DNA from: Parcubacteria group bacterium Greene0714_7
GTDB lineage: Bacteria; Patescibacteriota; Minisyncoccia; Phycocordibacterales; Phycocordibacteraceae
Direction: 5' to 3'
Length of the DNA: 64,000 nucleotides
NCBI GenBank assembly: GCA_007378985.1
Contig: VMHB01000005.1
Coordinates: 9,235 to 73,234, forward strand
The translations under genes were made by a program, and so were the position numbers. The notes below the pieces were generated by a model. That model did not search any database. It saw only the letters and a list, made by a program, of their open reading frames with translations, and was not told the origin of the DNA. Positions 1-9,531 of the stretch are shown piece after piece. Position 1 is the first letter of the stretch. Every line of letters starts with the position of its first letter.

Positions 1-460
1 TTCTTTTCGACGTGATTCTAAAGAGTAATCGATTTTTTCCATAGAGAAAAAGCTTAAATTTTTTAAGAGAGCTATTTAAAAATATAAAAAGAATTGGGCG
101 CGAGTTACGCCCAAGTTTCTACAACAAAAAATCCATTGAAAACGGGTAGCGAAAAATACGAAAACACCTCAGCACAGAGCGTGCATAACAATAAAGAGAA
201 ATATGAGCGAGAAGTGTTCATTATATTTCTTACTCTCAACTACGAGAGGTGACCTTGCGAAACAGTGGAATTTGGTGCCTATACACTTCACCCAAATAAC
301 ACCCACACCTTGTGCAGGTTCCAGTAAATACCTTTTGACCAGAAGCATCTGAGGCAACTTCACGATACCTCCCGATGTGTTTTGAGGAACCTGGTTCTAA
401 GCCAACACAGACTGGTCGAGGAGCTAATTCAGCAGAGCTAAACGAGGGCATACTAATTTT

Positions 461-601
461 TTATCTAATATCTTTACAGGCAGCACATAAACGCTTCTTT
501 TTTCCATGCGAGCATTTCCCGTTACACACTTCGCAAAAAGCAGCATGTTTTAAATGCACGCAGTAAATTGGGTTTCTTTCGGATGTACTTGTTTCTGACA
601 T
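461..601 (-). CDS. small Cys-rich protein (46 aa, MSETSTSERNPIYCVHLKHAAFCEVCNGKCSHGKKKRLCAACKDIR); below ORF-track size cutoff
   Basis: Hand translation of minus strand; 6 Cys in zinc-ribbon-like spacing; start preceded by 18-nt leader motif shared with another minus-strand start at ~40-42. Confidence 0.3.
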   Translation of the reverse strand: MSETSTSERNPIYCVHLKHAAFCEVCNGKCSHGKKKRLCAACKDIR

Positions 602-1186
602 AGAGAATAAGCTTAAATTGAGAAAATAATAGATGCTATTTCGGAGTTTGAAGGACTAAATGAGGAATTTATCTTCCTTTGTGTTTTGGACACTGAGAAT
701 TTGGAATTCGAGTGCCACCAGGCAAGCGTACACACCAGCACACTGGGTCGAATGAACGAGTTCGTGAATCGAACCCTAGATTTCTTCTTTCAGACATAGG
801 AAAAAATTAGATTGGTGGTAAAAGGGACTATTACTGTAATGTGAAAATTTCTGGGCTTATGCCCAGAAATAAAAACCGAAGAAATAGAAAGCGACAGCAC
901 TGATGATGCCCGTTGGCTTGAGGTCAATGGCTATCGCTTTAGTCATTACAAAGTATGATATCAAAAATACCAACCATGTCAATGGTTGGTAGGTTATACC
1001 AAACTAGGAAAAGACTTAGTCAGTTTCACCGTGTTTCTCGCAAGTTTCATTTGGCACGCGCACTGTCCGCGTACCCTTCTTTTCAAACTGGCAAGTACAG
1101 CGAAAAGGTGATGGAAAAAATTCTGTCATGGTCAGCTATCCTACTATTCTTCGCGCTCGTCCGTCAAGTTTTGTACAAATAAACCA

Positions 1187-2461
1187 TCAAGAAAAACCTC
1201 GATCACGCTTCGCTTGTAAAATTCTTTCAGCAGCAAGAACAAATGCTGAAAGTCGATAGGGGGATCCATGCTCAGTCGCAATCTTGGAAACATCACTCCA
1301 TGCGGTATGCATCACTTCTTTTAATGATTCATTCACTTCGTCTCTTTTTAACATTTTGCCCGTTCTACCTTGTATCCATTCGAAATAGGAAACCGTCACA
1401 CCTCCTGCATTTGCAAGGACATCAGGTATGACTGAAATACCCCGTCTCTCGAGTTCCAAATCCCCTTCTGCGGTCGTGGGACCATTGGCAAGCTCAACCA
1501 CCACCTTTGCTTTAATTTGAGATGCTACCTCTTTCGTAATAACACCATCTAAGGCAGCTGGAATAAGAACATCGGTATCCATTACTAGAACATCGTTCGA
1601 CTCACCTAAGGTGACACCTTCTGCTTGTAACTTGCCCTCATCGCACACAGCACCTTTACAATAGACATCGCGAATCGACTGGTGATTATTTTTTATAGCA
1701 ATGAATACTTCAGGATTGAGGCCTTGCTGACTCATCACCGAACCTTTTGAGTCAGCGATGCCGACTATTTTAAATCCTCGCTCGTACAAAAGTGTGGCAA
1801 CCGTTGCCCCAGCGTTCCCAAAGCCATGAACTGCAACACGAAGACCTTTTGTGGTTAATTTCTTTTCTTGGAGATAGGCTTCAAGAACAAATGCGCCCCC
1901 CATTGCAGTTGCGGTGTCTCGCCCAGGAATACCGCCCAAAGAAAGAGGTTTGCCAGTGAATGTTGCGGGAGCGCTTTTCCCTAGAATTTTTTCATACTCA
2001 TCGAGCATCACGCCCATAACTTCAGCGTTGGTATACACATCAGGCGCGGGCACATCTAGATCAGGCCCTAGGTGCTCATGCATCGCACCAACGAACGCTC
2101 GAGATATTGTCTTTATCTCTTCAGGTGTTGCTGATTTCGGATTAAAAGTGACACCCCCTTTCCCTCCACCCATAGGAATGCCGACAACTGCACACTTCAC
2201 CGCCATCATAGCGGCGAGCGCTTTTACTTCATCCAAGTCCGCTGCTGGATGAAAACGAATACCGCCTTTATAGGGGCCACGTGCATTTGAAAATTGCACG
2301 CGGTACGCAGGAAGCTCAACTGCAACCCCTTCTACCATAACTCTAAGTTTCTTTTCAATAATGCGATCGGGTTCTAAAAACACTTTAGACTCTTCCGGAG
2401 AGAGTTTCAGAAGCTCAGTAACTCGTTTAACATGCGATAGATACTGATCAAATGCGTTCAT
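1187..2461 (-). CDS. gdhA: Glu/Leu/Phe/Val dehydrogenase family, NAD(P)-glutamate dehydrogenase
   Basis: 424 aa; GGGKGG and KGGIRFHP motifs typical of GDH; TGA stop shows standard code. Confidence 0.9.
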   Translation of the reverse strand: MNAFDQYLSHVKRVTELLKLSPEESKVFLEPDRIIEKKLRVMVEGVAVELPAYRVQFSNARGPYKGGIRFHPAADLDEVKALAAMMAVKCAVVGIPMGGGKGGVTFNPKSATPEEIKTISRAFVGAMHEHLGPDLDVPAPDVYTNAEVMGVMLDEYEKILGKSAPATFTGKPLSLGGIPGRDTATAMGGAFVLEAYLQEKKLTTKGLRVAVHGFGNAGATVATLLYERGFKIVGIADSKGSVMSQQGLNPEVFIAIKNNHQSIRDVYCKGAVCDEGKLQAEGVTLGESNDVLVMDTDVLIPAALDGVITKEVASQIKAKVVVELANGPTTAEGDLELERRGISVIPDVLANAGGVTVSYFEWIQGRTGKMLKRDEVNESLKEVMHTAWSDVSKIATEHGSPYRLSAFVLAAERILQAKRDRGFS

Positions 2462-2463
2462 AG

Positions 2464-3669
2464 TTATTGATTTGAAGTAGAGGCCTTCAGAACAGCAGAA
2501 GCAATAACCTCAACAACTCTCGTATCAAAGACGTCAGGAATAATGCAATCAGGAGATGGGCTTGGAACACAGCTGGCAAGTGCACTTACTGCCGAGAGCT
2601 TCATAGCATCAGTAATTTTTGGAGCGCGAGCATCAAGTGCACCTCGAAAAATTCCTGGGTAGGCTAAAACATTATTAACTTGATTAGGAAAGTCACTCCT
2701 ACCGCTTGCAACAATAAATGCACCAGCTTCTTTTGCAACATCCGGCATTATTTCAGGCGTAGGGTTTGCAAGTGCAAAAATGATAGGATCTTTTGCCATA
2801 GACATCACCATTTCTTTAGTCAGCACATTACCAACGCTCACACCAATAAAAACTTCTCTATCTTTAATACCATCTGAAAGCGTTCCGTGAATCTCGTGCG
2901 GATTAGTTAGCGCAAGGAGATTCTTTTTTATTGGAGAAAGATCTGTCCTATCGGTACTAATAATTCCTTTACTGTCGGCAATCAAAATATCTTTTGCGCC
3001 AAGAGAGACAAGCATCTTCAATATCGCTACGCCTGCGGCACCAGCTCCGTTAATAAGTATTTTTGCCTTTCCAAAAGAATTACCCGTTATTTTAAATGCG
3101 TTCGTAAGACCTGCGGAGACAACAATGGCGGTACCGTGCTGGTCGTCGTGCATTACAGGAATATCGAGCTCTGCCTTGAGTCTCTCTTCAATTTCAAAAC
3201 AACGAGGCGCTGAAATATCTTCAAGGTTAATAGCGCCAAATGAAAATGACAATTCTTTAGCTGTATTCACAAAAGTATCAACATCCTGCGTTTTCAAAAC
3301 AATTGGGAATGCATCAATACCAGCAAATTTTTTAAAAAGAACACACTTCCCTTCCATTACTGGTAATGCTGCTCGAGGACCAATATTTCCAAGCCCAAGC
3401 ACTGCTGAGCCATCAGTGATCACCGCAACCAAATTCCCTCGTGAGGTTAACTCCCATACCGCTTCAGGATTTTTAGCAATTTCACTGCTTGCACCAGCTA
3501 CTCCTGGTGTATAGGCAAGCGACAAATCGTGCCTATCATTTAGTGGAACCTTAGAGGTAATCGCTATCTTGCCTTTGTTTTTTTTATGAAATGCAATTGA
3601 TTCTTCGTAAATATCCACCCCGTTAGAAATTTTTCCAGATAGTTCTTTCTTTTTCATATACTTATTCAA
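2464..3669 (-). CDS. NAD(P)-dependent malic enzyme (malate dehydrogenase, decarboxylating), ~400 aa short form
   Basis: 401 aa; AYTPGVA...ITDGSAVLGLGNIGP...MEGKC motifs of malic enzyme N-terminal and NAD-binding domains. Confidence 0.8.
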   Translation of the reverse strand: MNKYMKKKELSGKISNGVDIYEESIAFHKKNKGKIAITSKVPLNDRHDLSLAYTPGVAGASSEIAKNPEAVWELTSRGNLVAVITDGSAVLGLGNIGPRAALPVMEGKCVLFKKFAGIDAFPIVLKTQDVDTFVNTAKELSFSFGAINLEDISAPRCFEIEERLKAELDIPVMHDDQHGTAIVVSAGLTNAFKITGNSFGKAKILINGAGAAGVAILKMLVSLGAKDILIADSKGIISTDRTDLSPIKKNLLALTNPHEIHGTLSDGIKDREVFIGVSVGNVLTKEMVMSMAKDPIIFALANPTPEIMPDVAKEAGAFIVASGRSDFPNQVNNVLAYPGIFRGALDARAPKITDAMKLSAVSALASCVPSPSPDCIIPDVFDTRVVEVIASAVLKASTSNQ

Positions 3670-3741
3670 ATAAAATATTTTAGAGTGAAGGAAAATATGT
3701 AGGTAGATTTCTAACGGGGTCCATAGTGCAAAATTGATGAA

Positions 3742-5961
3742 TCACTTAGCAACCTTAACTGCCTCTTCCAATTTTACTGATAATACTTTTGATACGCCAT
3801 CGTTCCCCATAGTGATGCCGTAGAGGATTCCAGCGCGCGACATGGTTTCTCGGTTATGCGTAATTATGGCGAGCTGTGATTTTTTTGAAAGCGCCTCAAC
3901 CATGTCACCGTACCTGCGACTATTAGACTCATCGAGCGCGGCGTCGGTTTCATCCAGCATAAGAAATGGCGGAGGATTAACTGATGACATAGCAAAAATA
4001 AGTGCAATTGATGTGAGGGTTCTCTCACCACCTGAAAGCATTACCAAACTCTTCACACGCTTGCGGGGAATCGAGAGCGAGATATCAATACCTGAAGATG
4101 TTTCTTCCCTAAACATCTCTTCTCCGAGAAGAGATGTCGGGCGAACATCCCCCTGGGATGTTTTAGCCTCGCTATCTTCATCAAAATCGTTTTTTACTTT
4201 CCGGACTGATTCTTCAACACGCACAAGTGATGCTGAGCCTCCATCAAACATCAAAGCAAAGAGTTTAGTAAATTCGGAATTGATAGCATCAATTCCCTCT
4301 TTGAAACGAACACTGAGCTCAGCTTCAAGGTTTTGAATAAGACCTTTTAAAGAAACCGAGGCAGTGCCGAGATCGGCAAGTTCATGCTCTAGAAATGCCT
4401 CTCGCTCGCTCACTTCTTTATGCTCTTTCAGCACATCAGCACTTGCACCTGTGCCCATTTCCTCAAGACGAATCTTAGTCTTTTCAAGTTGACGCTTTTC
4501 TTCCACCTGTTCATCGCGTGACGCCGACAAAGAGACATCGGCATCAGGATACAAAAGAACCTCTCTACCAATAAGAGTACCCGCCTCCAGTAAATCTCGT
4601 TCAAATTCTGCCTTTTCAAGTCCGAGTCGACCTATTTCACCTTCTAGAATATTTATACGATGACGCACTTCGCGCTCTGCGGTAGCAAGACTAAACAATG
4701 CTCGCTCTTTTTCTCGCTCGTTCGTTCGAGCGCTATCAAGCTCTGCTCTTATTTTTTCCAACGACTCTCCGAGTTCCGTTTCTCTTTGTATGCATTCTTT
4801 TTCAGTATTCACCGCAAGCTCGCGCTCACGCTTCAAAAGTGCGACATCATTCGAATCTTCTGCCGTTTGTGCAGTAAGTGCTTTAAATCTACTGAAGTAC
4901 TCACGGAAAAATGAAAGCACTTCCTGAATAGGAGTATTTGAAAATCCACTAAGCGCTCTCTCACCCTCTTCAACTAAACGAGACACTTCTCCGAGAGGAA
5001 TACTTGCATTACTCATCGTGCGCTCCATTGCTTCAATTTGACCTTCAAGGCGTGAAGCTTTGCGAAGCGCATCAGCTCGCTTACTTCTTGCATCATCAAG
5101 TGCACCTGATATTTCAAGAATTGCTCCACCACGCTTATCTTCTTCAGAATGTGCGAGCGCTTGTTTTGCTTCAGCTACTTTACTCGCAATGTCTGCAAGC
5201 TCTTTTCTCTTCTCTAACAGTTCACTTTCAAACCCTCCACCTGCAGTTTTTAAATATGCCTCTTCTCTTTTAAAATATGATTGAAAACGAACAACTGCGG
5301 ACGCACGCAAGACTTCGGCCTTTTCGACTTTCTCAACTTGTTTTTTGAGGAAGCGTAAGTGTGGAGCAATTTCCCTTCGGAGTGCCTCTACTTGTCGCAT
5401 GTTCTCCTCGGTTTTTTCGAGCTTGCGTGAAGACTCTTCAAGTTTGTATTGATATGCCTTTAAGCCGAGTGCATCCTCCAGCATTTCCCTTCGCTCCTTC
5501 GGAGGTGCGGAAAGTATTTTGTCGGCTTCACCTTGCGAAATGATGTGATGCCCAGTGGCACCAATATTTGCTCCTGCAAGTAATTCCAGAATGTCTTTGA
5601 GACGCACCTGACTACCGTTTAATCGATATTCATTTACACCATCCCGATGCACTATTCGCTCAATAACTACCTCATCAAAGTCTAAATTCAAAAAGCGCGA
5701 TGCATTGTCAAAGGTTATAGCAACAGATGCACGGTTAGCTCGAGGCGTTGTGGCGGAGCCATTCCAAATCAAGTCTTCTCCGCGTTTCCCACGCATAGAC
5801 TTCATAGACTGTTCACCCAATACAAAACGAACCGCCTCGGCAACGTTAGATTTACCCGAGCCGTTCGGACCCACTATGGCAACAACCGATGTATTGAAAT
5901 CAAAGCTGGTCTTTTTTGCAAAAGACTTAAAGCCTGCAATGTCGAGACGAGTAAGATGCAT
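3742..5961 (-). CDS. smc: chromosome segregation ATPase SMC, compact 739 aa form
   Basis: N-term FKSF...GPNGSGKSN Walker A; C-term LSGGE...LDE signature/Walker B; long coiled-coil middle; shorter than canonical ~1180 aa. Confidence 0.75.
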   Translation of the reverse strand: MHLTRLDIAGFKSFAKKTSFDFNTSVVAIVGPNGSGKSNVAEAVRFVLGEQSMKSMRGKRGEDLIWNGSATTPRANRASVAITFDNASRFLNLDFDEVVIERIVHRDGVNEYRLNGSQVRLKDILELLAGANIGATGHHIISQGEADKILSAPPKERREMLEDALGLKAYQYKLEESSRKLEKTEENMRQVEALRREIAPHLRFLKKQVEKVEKAEVLRASAVVRFQSYFKREEAYLKTAGGGFESELLEKRKELADIASKVAEAKQALAHSEEDKRGGAILEISGALDDARSKRADALRKASRLEGQIEAMERTMSNASIPLGEVSRLVEEGERALSGFSNTPIQEVLSFFREYFSRFKALTAQTAEDSNDVALLKRERELAVNTEKECIQRETELGESLEKIRAELDSARTNEREKERALFSLATAEREVRHRINILEGEIGRLGLEKAEFERDLLEAGTLIGREVLLYPDADVSLSASRDEQVEEKRQLEKTKIRLEEMGTGASADVLKEHKEVSEREAFLEHELADLGTASVSLKGLIQNLEAELSVRFKEGIDAINSEFTKLFALMFDGGSASLVRVEESVRKVKNDFDEDSEAKTSQGDVRPTSLLGEEMFREETSSGIDISLSIPRKRVKSLVMLSGGERTLTSIALIFAMSSVNPPPFLMLDETDAALDESNSRRYGDMVEALSKKSQLAIITHNRETMSRAGILYGITMGNDGVSKVLSVKLEEAVKVAK

Positions 5962-6182
5962 TCAGAGATTATAACAGCCGAAAGCTTCTAGGTTCTAGGT
6001 GCTAGGTGCTAGCTTAAATTAGAATCACAAATACACATGTTTAAAGTTTTCTATATATCAGTTAACTGATATATAGAAATACGGCCTACAAAAATAGTAT
6101 TTCTACTTTGTGCTAAACCCGGGTTTAGCACACAAGACCTAAAGGCTTAAAAAGCTAGAAACTAACAGCTGGAACCTGACAC

Positions 6183-6902
6183 CTATTTTTCTAGTAGTGC
6201 CTTTTTAGCAGCATTTTGTTCTGCCTCCTGCTTCGACTTTCCTTCCCCTTGAGCTAATTCAATATCTCCAACGGACACTGATACTACGAATTCTTTATCG
6301 TGGTCAGGACCTTCTGCGCGTATCGTTTCGTATTTTGGGGTCATGCCGTATTTTGCCTGTGCAAATTCTTGGAATTCACTCTTTGCATCTCTCCACGCAC
6401 CCGTTGCCAACACTTCTGGCATACGAGTAATAACGTGTCGATTTATGAAATCAGCGGCACCTTGATACCCTTGGTCCATATAAAGGGCGCCTACAATTGC
6501 TTCAAAGGCATTCGCAAGAATGGTTGCCCGAGCGCGACCAAGGTCGCGCGCTTCTCCTTTTGAAAGAAGTAAGCAATCATTTACTCCAAGACTCTCTGCA
6601 ATATCTGCAAGCATTACTGCATTCACAAGAGCGGCACGGTAGTTAGTGAGATCGCCTTCGTTTGAATCGGGATACGCACGAAATAGGTGGTCAGTCACCG
6701 CAAGCTCGAGTACTGCGTCTCCTAAAAATTCAAGACGTTCGTTGTGTTCACCGTGAGACGCAGGAGTTACGGATGAGCGAGATTCATTGATGTAGGAGCG
6801 GTGCGTAAAAGCAGTATCGATAAACATCGGGTTTTTGAATGAGATGCCTGCGCGAGCTTCAAATTGTGCGCGTGCTTTTTTGTGAGCGTCAGTTATAGCC
6901 AT
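6183..6902 (-). CDS. rnc: ribonuclease III
   Basis: 239 aa; ERLEFLGDAVL RNase III signature plus C-terminal dsRBD-like region. Confidence 0.9.
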   Translation of the reverse strand: MAITDAHKKARAQFEARAGISFKNPMFIDTAFTHRSYINESRSSVTPASHGEHNERLEFLGDAVLELAVTDHLFRAYPDSNEGDLTNYRAALVNAVMLADIAESLGVNDCLLLSKGEARDLGRARATILANAFEAIVGALYMDQGYQGAADFINRHVITRMPEVLATGAWRDAKSEFQEFAQAKYGMTPKYETIRAEGPDHDKEFVVSVSVGDIELAQGEGKSKQEAEQNAAKKALLEK

Positions 6903-7780
6903 AGTCGTTTTGCTTCTTGTATACCCGACTGTATCATCTCCAAAAGATCTTCATATATAGACATACCACTTAGTGCATCCTCAGAAAACCACCTGGCGTC
7001 TTTGATACCACCAGAAATTGGAGCAGTGAGCGGAACTGCCTCGGGTGTAGACACGAGGAAATAACCAACGGTGCGAACCACACGCCCAATGTCTGGGTCA
7101 TGTGCAATAAACTCATGCTCACCTAAGACCGCTTTTATTTCTGCTTCAATACCAAAATCTTCTTTCATTGCACGCTTCGCTGCAGAGTCTGACAATTCAT
7201 CTTCAGCACACTTCGCTTTTGGTAGTGTCCAACGGTCAAACGCGTCGAGAACCAGTGCAACCTGTACTTTGCCATCAGTGATCGTCGTAAGAACAACACC
7301 ACCCAAATGTTCATGTGGGAGTGGTGTGGAATCTTTTGGCATGTCGTCTTTCCCTGGACTTCCAATCGAGCGATACACTGCCCCAAGAACACCATTCACA
7401 AATTTACCGCTTGAGTCAGAGCCATACGATTTAGCAAGTTCAATTGCTTCATTCAATGCAACTTTTGGTGGCACTGCATTCTTGTCTCCAAAAAGAAGTT
7501 CATAAAGACCGATGCGGAGTATATTCCTATCGATAGGAGCAATTTTATCAAGTGGCCACTGCGGAGCAGACGTTGCCATAACTGCATCGATTTCAGATTG
7601 CTTTGCAAGAATGCCGTCAAGAAGTGACTCCGCAAAAGGTCCATCAGAATCACCTTCCGCAAAATCCTTTAAGTTGCGAGCGAGTATGGTGCGTGCTGAA
7701 TCAATAACAAAAGTTCCTTGAGCATCACACTCAAAAAGTGTTTGGAGAACGTGGGAGCGAGATAGATGTCGGGAAGCCAT
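6893..7780 (-). CDS. nusB: NusB-like antitermination domain fused to a C-terminal Nudix-like hydrolase domain
   Basis: N-term RIGLYELLF...VALNEAIELAK...KFVNGVLG matches NusB; C-term E-x7-RAMKEDFGI resembles a degenerate Nudix box. Confidence 0.55.
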   Translation of the reverse strand: MASRHLSRSHVLQTLFECDAQGTFVIDSARTILARNLKDFAEGDSDGPFAESLLDGILAKQSEIDAVMATSAPQWPLDKIAPIDRNILRIGLYELLFGDKNAVPPKVALNEAIELAKSYGSDSSGKFVNGVLGAVYRSIGSPGKDDMPKDSTPLPHEHLGGVVLTTITDGKVQVALVLDAFDRWTLPKAKCAEDELSDSAAKRAMKEDFGIEAEIKAVLGEHEFIAHDPDIGRVVRTVGYFLVSTPEAVPLTAPISGGIKDARWFSEDALSGMSIYEDLLEMIQSGIQEAKRLWL

Positions 7781-7784
7781 TGTG

Positions 7785-7818
7785 AACTAGGGTATAGGGG
7801 TTAGGGTTTAGGGAAAGA
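7785..7818 (+). repeat. 7-bp periodic array (TAGGGNN)x4, G-quadruplex-capable, telomere-like GGGTTAGGGTTTAGGG
   Basis: ctagggtataggggttagggtttagggaaag read directly; four G3+ tracts with 3-4 nt loops. Confidence 0.6.
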
Positions 7819-7882
7819 AAAAAAGAAAGAAAGAAAACCAGACATACATACAGAATAGCAAAAAATAGCCTGCGTATGCAGA

Positions 7883-8194
7883 CTATTTTGCTTGTTTCGA
7901 TTTCTTGGGAAGTTTCTTAGTTTCCTCTTTTACTTTCTTTGGTTCCTCGACTGCCTTTTCTTTCGCTGGTCCAGATTCTTGTTCTCGGCGAGTTGATGAT
8001 TTTTTAGCGCGGAGTGCTCGAGCTGAAGCTTTATCCATAACTGAACGACCACGGTACATAGTGCCATCCAAAAGGGCGCGGTGGCGTGGGTGCGCTGTAC
8101 CATCCTTTGCGGAGGTAAGCTGCATTTTCTTCAAAGCGTGGTGCGAACGGCGATTTGCCGTGTGCGCCCGCGTATGTCTCATTCGTACTACCAT
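7883..8194 (-). CDS. rpmF: 50S ribosomal protein L32 with Lys-rich C-terminal extension
   Basis: RMRHTRAHTANRRSHHAL resembles L32 N-terminus; true start may be the internal Met (~8182). Confidence 0.65.
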   Translation of the reverse strand: MVVRMRHTRAHTANRRSHHALKKMQLTSAKDGTAHPRHRALLDGTMYRGRSVMDKASARALRAKKSSTRREQESGPAKEKAVEEPKKVKEETKKLPKKSKQAK

Positions 8195-8437
8195 TGAAAG
8201 GAAGATACCAGAAAACCCCTAAAACAGCAAGGTTTCGAAAGAAGCTGCCAGGTTTCAGCTTCCAGTTGTCAGCTTTTAATTCAGAAAAAGTCAAAAGCTG
8301 GGGCGTCTCGCACTCTTGGGTGCAGTCAAAAATCTTTCAGATGCAAGACGCGAGTGAGCACCAAACCCAAGCCTATCGAGCATATGGTAAGGGAGGGGCG
8401 GAGCGAGTAACGACGCAGGTGAAGATTTTGGACGCAC

Positions 8438-8827
8438 CTAGCGCATTGCGTCAGTGAATTCTTTGAGGACACTCTCCGTCGCCTCTGCGAGCGCATGCAC
8501 CAACTCTTCTTGAGCAAATTTAGTACGAAAGAATCCTGCGACAGCATTCAAATCTGGCTCAACACCCGGCTCAAAGCCATTACCCATCTCTGCGAGTTCT
8601 TTTTTATCTTCATCTGAAAGCCTCTCGCCAAGTCGAACAAGTAGGTCAGCAGCAATAGCTTCCATCAAATTTTGCTCTACCTCTTTTCTCTCTTCGTCAG
8701 GCACTCGAAGCTCATTCAGCGTTTCGTCAACAGAGCTATAAAGTGCAACCACACGCTCAGCAAGCTCAGGATCGACAGGAAGGTCGGGAGTTTGGTTCCC
8801 TTGCAAATTCTGTGGTTCATCAGTCAT
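8438..8827 (-). CDS. hypothetical acidic protein (129 aa)
   Basis: Clean ORF in operon position between rnhB and rpmF; no recognisable motif. Confidence 0.35.
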   Translation of the reverse strand: MTDEPQNLQGNQTPDLPVDPELAERVVALYSSVDETLNELRVPDEERKEVEQNLMEAIAADLLVRLGERLSDEDKKELAEMGNGFEPGVEPDLNAVAGFFRTKFAQEELVHALAEATESVLKEFTDAMR

Positions 8828-9426
8828 GAGGCAATAGTACCATCGAGGATTCTTGAAAGAAAACTCATCCGGTGGATGGGTGAAGGTCCGTACTCTTTAA
8901 TAGCTTGAATGTGTGAAGCAGTTCCATACCCTTTATGTTTTTCAAAACCATATTGAGGATGTTCAAGCGCTAACTTCACCATCAAACGATCTCGAGTAAC
9001 CTTCGCAACAATTGAAGCGAGCATTATGGCAGGAACGAGTCCGTCGCCACCAATGATTGTTTCCTGCTCATACTCGGTAGGAGCCTTGAGTGAACCGTCA
9101 AGATATATTTTTCCTGAGTTCGCTTCGGGCATGAGTTTCCTCACGCCCTGCTCGAGCGCATGTGAAATGGCATATGAAATTCCCTTTGTGTCTATAACCG
9201 TCGAGTTCGAGAGGCATGCTACTGCTCGAAGATTTCCCTTCTGCATTTCCTCTTGCACGAGCAGAAACAATGCTTCCCGTTTTTTTTCTGAAAGTTTTTT
9301 AGAGTCATTCAATCCTGGAAATGCATCAAGTAAATCAAAACTACTCTCCACCGCAATAACACCAACAGAAACAGGTCCCGCCAATGGCCCCCTACCGGCT
9401 TCATCAATTCCAAGAATGTATGGCAT
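8824..9426 (-). CDS. rnhB: ribonuclease HII
   Basis: 200 aa; ILGIDEAGRGPLAGPV N-terminal catalytic motif. Confidence 0.9.
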   Translation of the reverse strand: MPYILGIDEAGRGPLAGPVSVGVIAVESSFDLLDAFPGLNDSKKLSEKKREALFLLVQEEMQKGNLRAVACLSNSTVIDTKGISYAISHALEQGVRKLMPEANSGKIYLDGSLKAPTEYEQETIIGGDGLVPAIMLASIVAKVTRDRLMVKLALEHPQYGFEKHKGYGTASHIQAIKEYGPSPIHRMSFLSRILDGTIAS

Positions 9427-9531
9427 ACAAAGGGTTCTAGTTTATAGGTGAAGAAAAAATGCTTTTCCAGATGTTAGCTGTGTAAAGCTAGCACCTAGAA
9501 CCTAACACCTAGAACCTTTATACTAGACCTA

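Noticed and set aside
169-566. ORF-track ORFs 169..363(-), 236..451(-), 375..566(+)
   Set aside because: Mutually overlapping, low-complexity translations in a non-coding leader region. The only plausible coding unit here is the hand-found 46-aa Cys-rich ORF at 461..601(-).
955-1182. 75-aa ORF on plus strand upstream of gdh
   Set aside because: No motif and basic low-complexity composition. It lies in the 3' flank of a minus-strand operon and is likely spurious.
8031-8457. ORFs 8031..8294(-) and 8155..8457(+) between rpmF and the acidic protein gene
   Set aside because: They overlap each other and the heptad-array-containing intergenic region. More likely this is promoter/UTR sequence.
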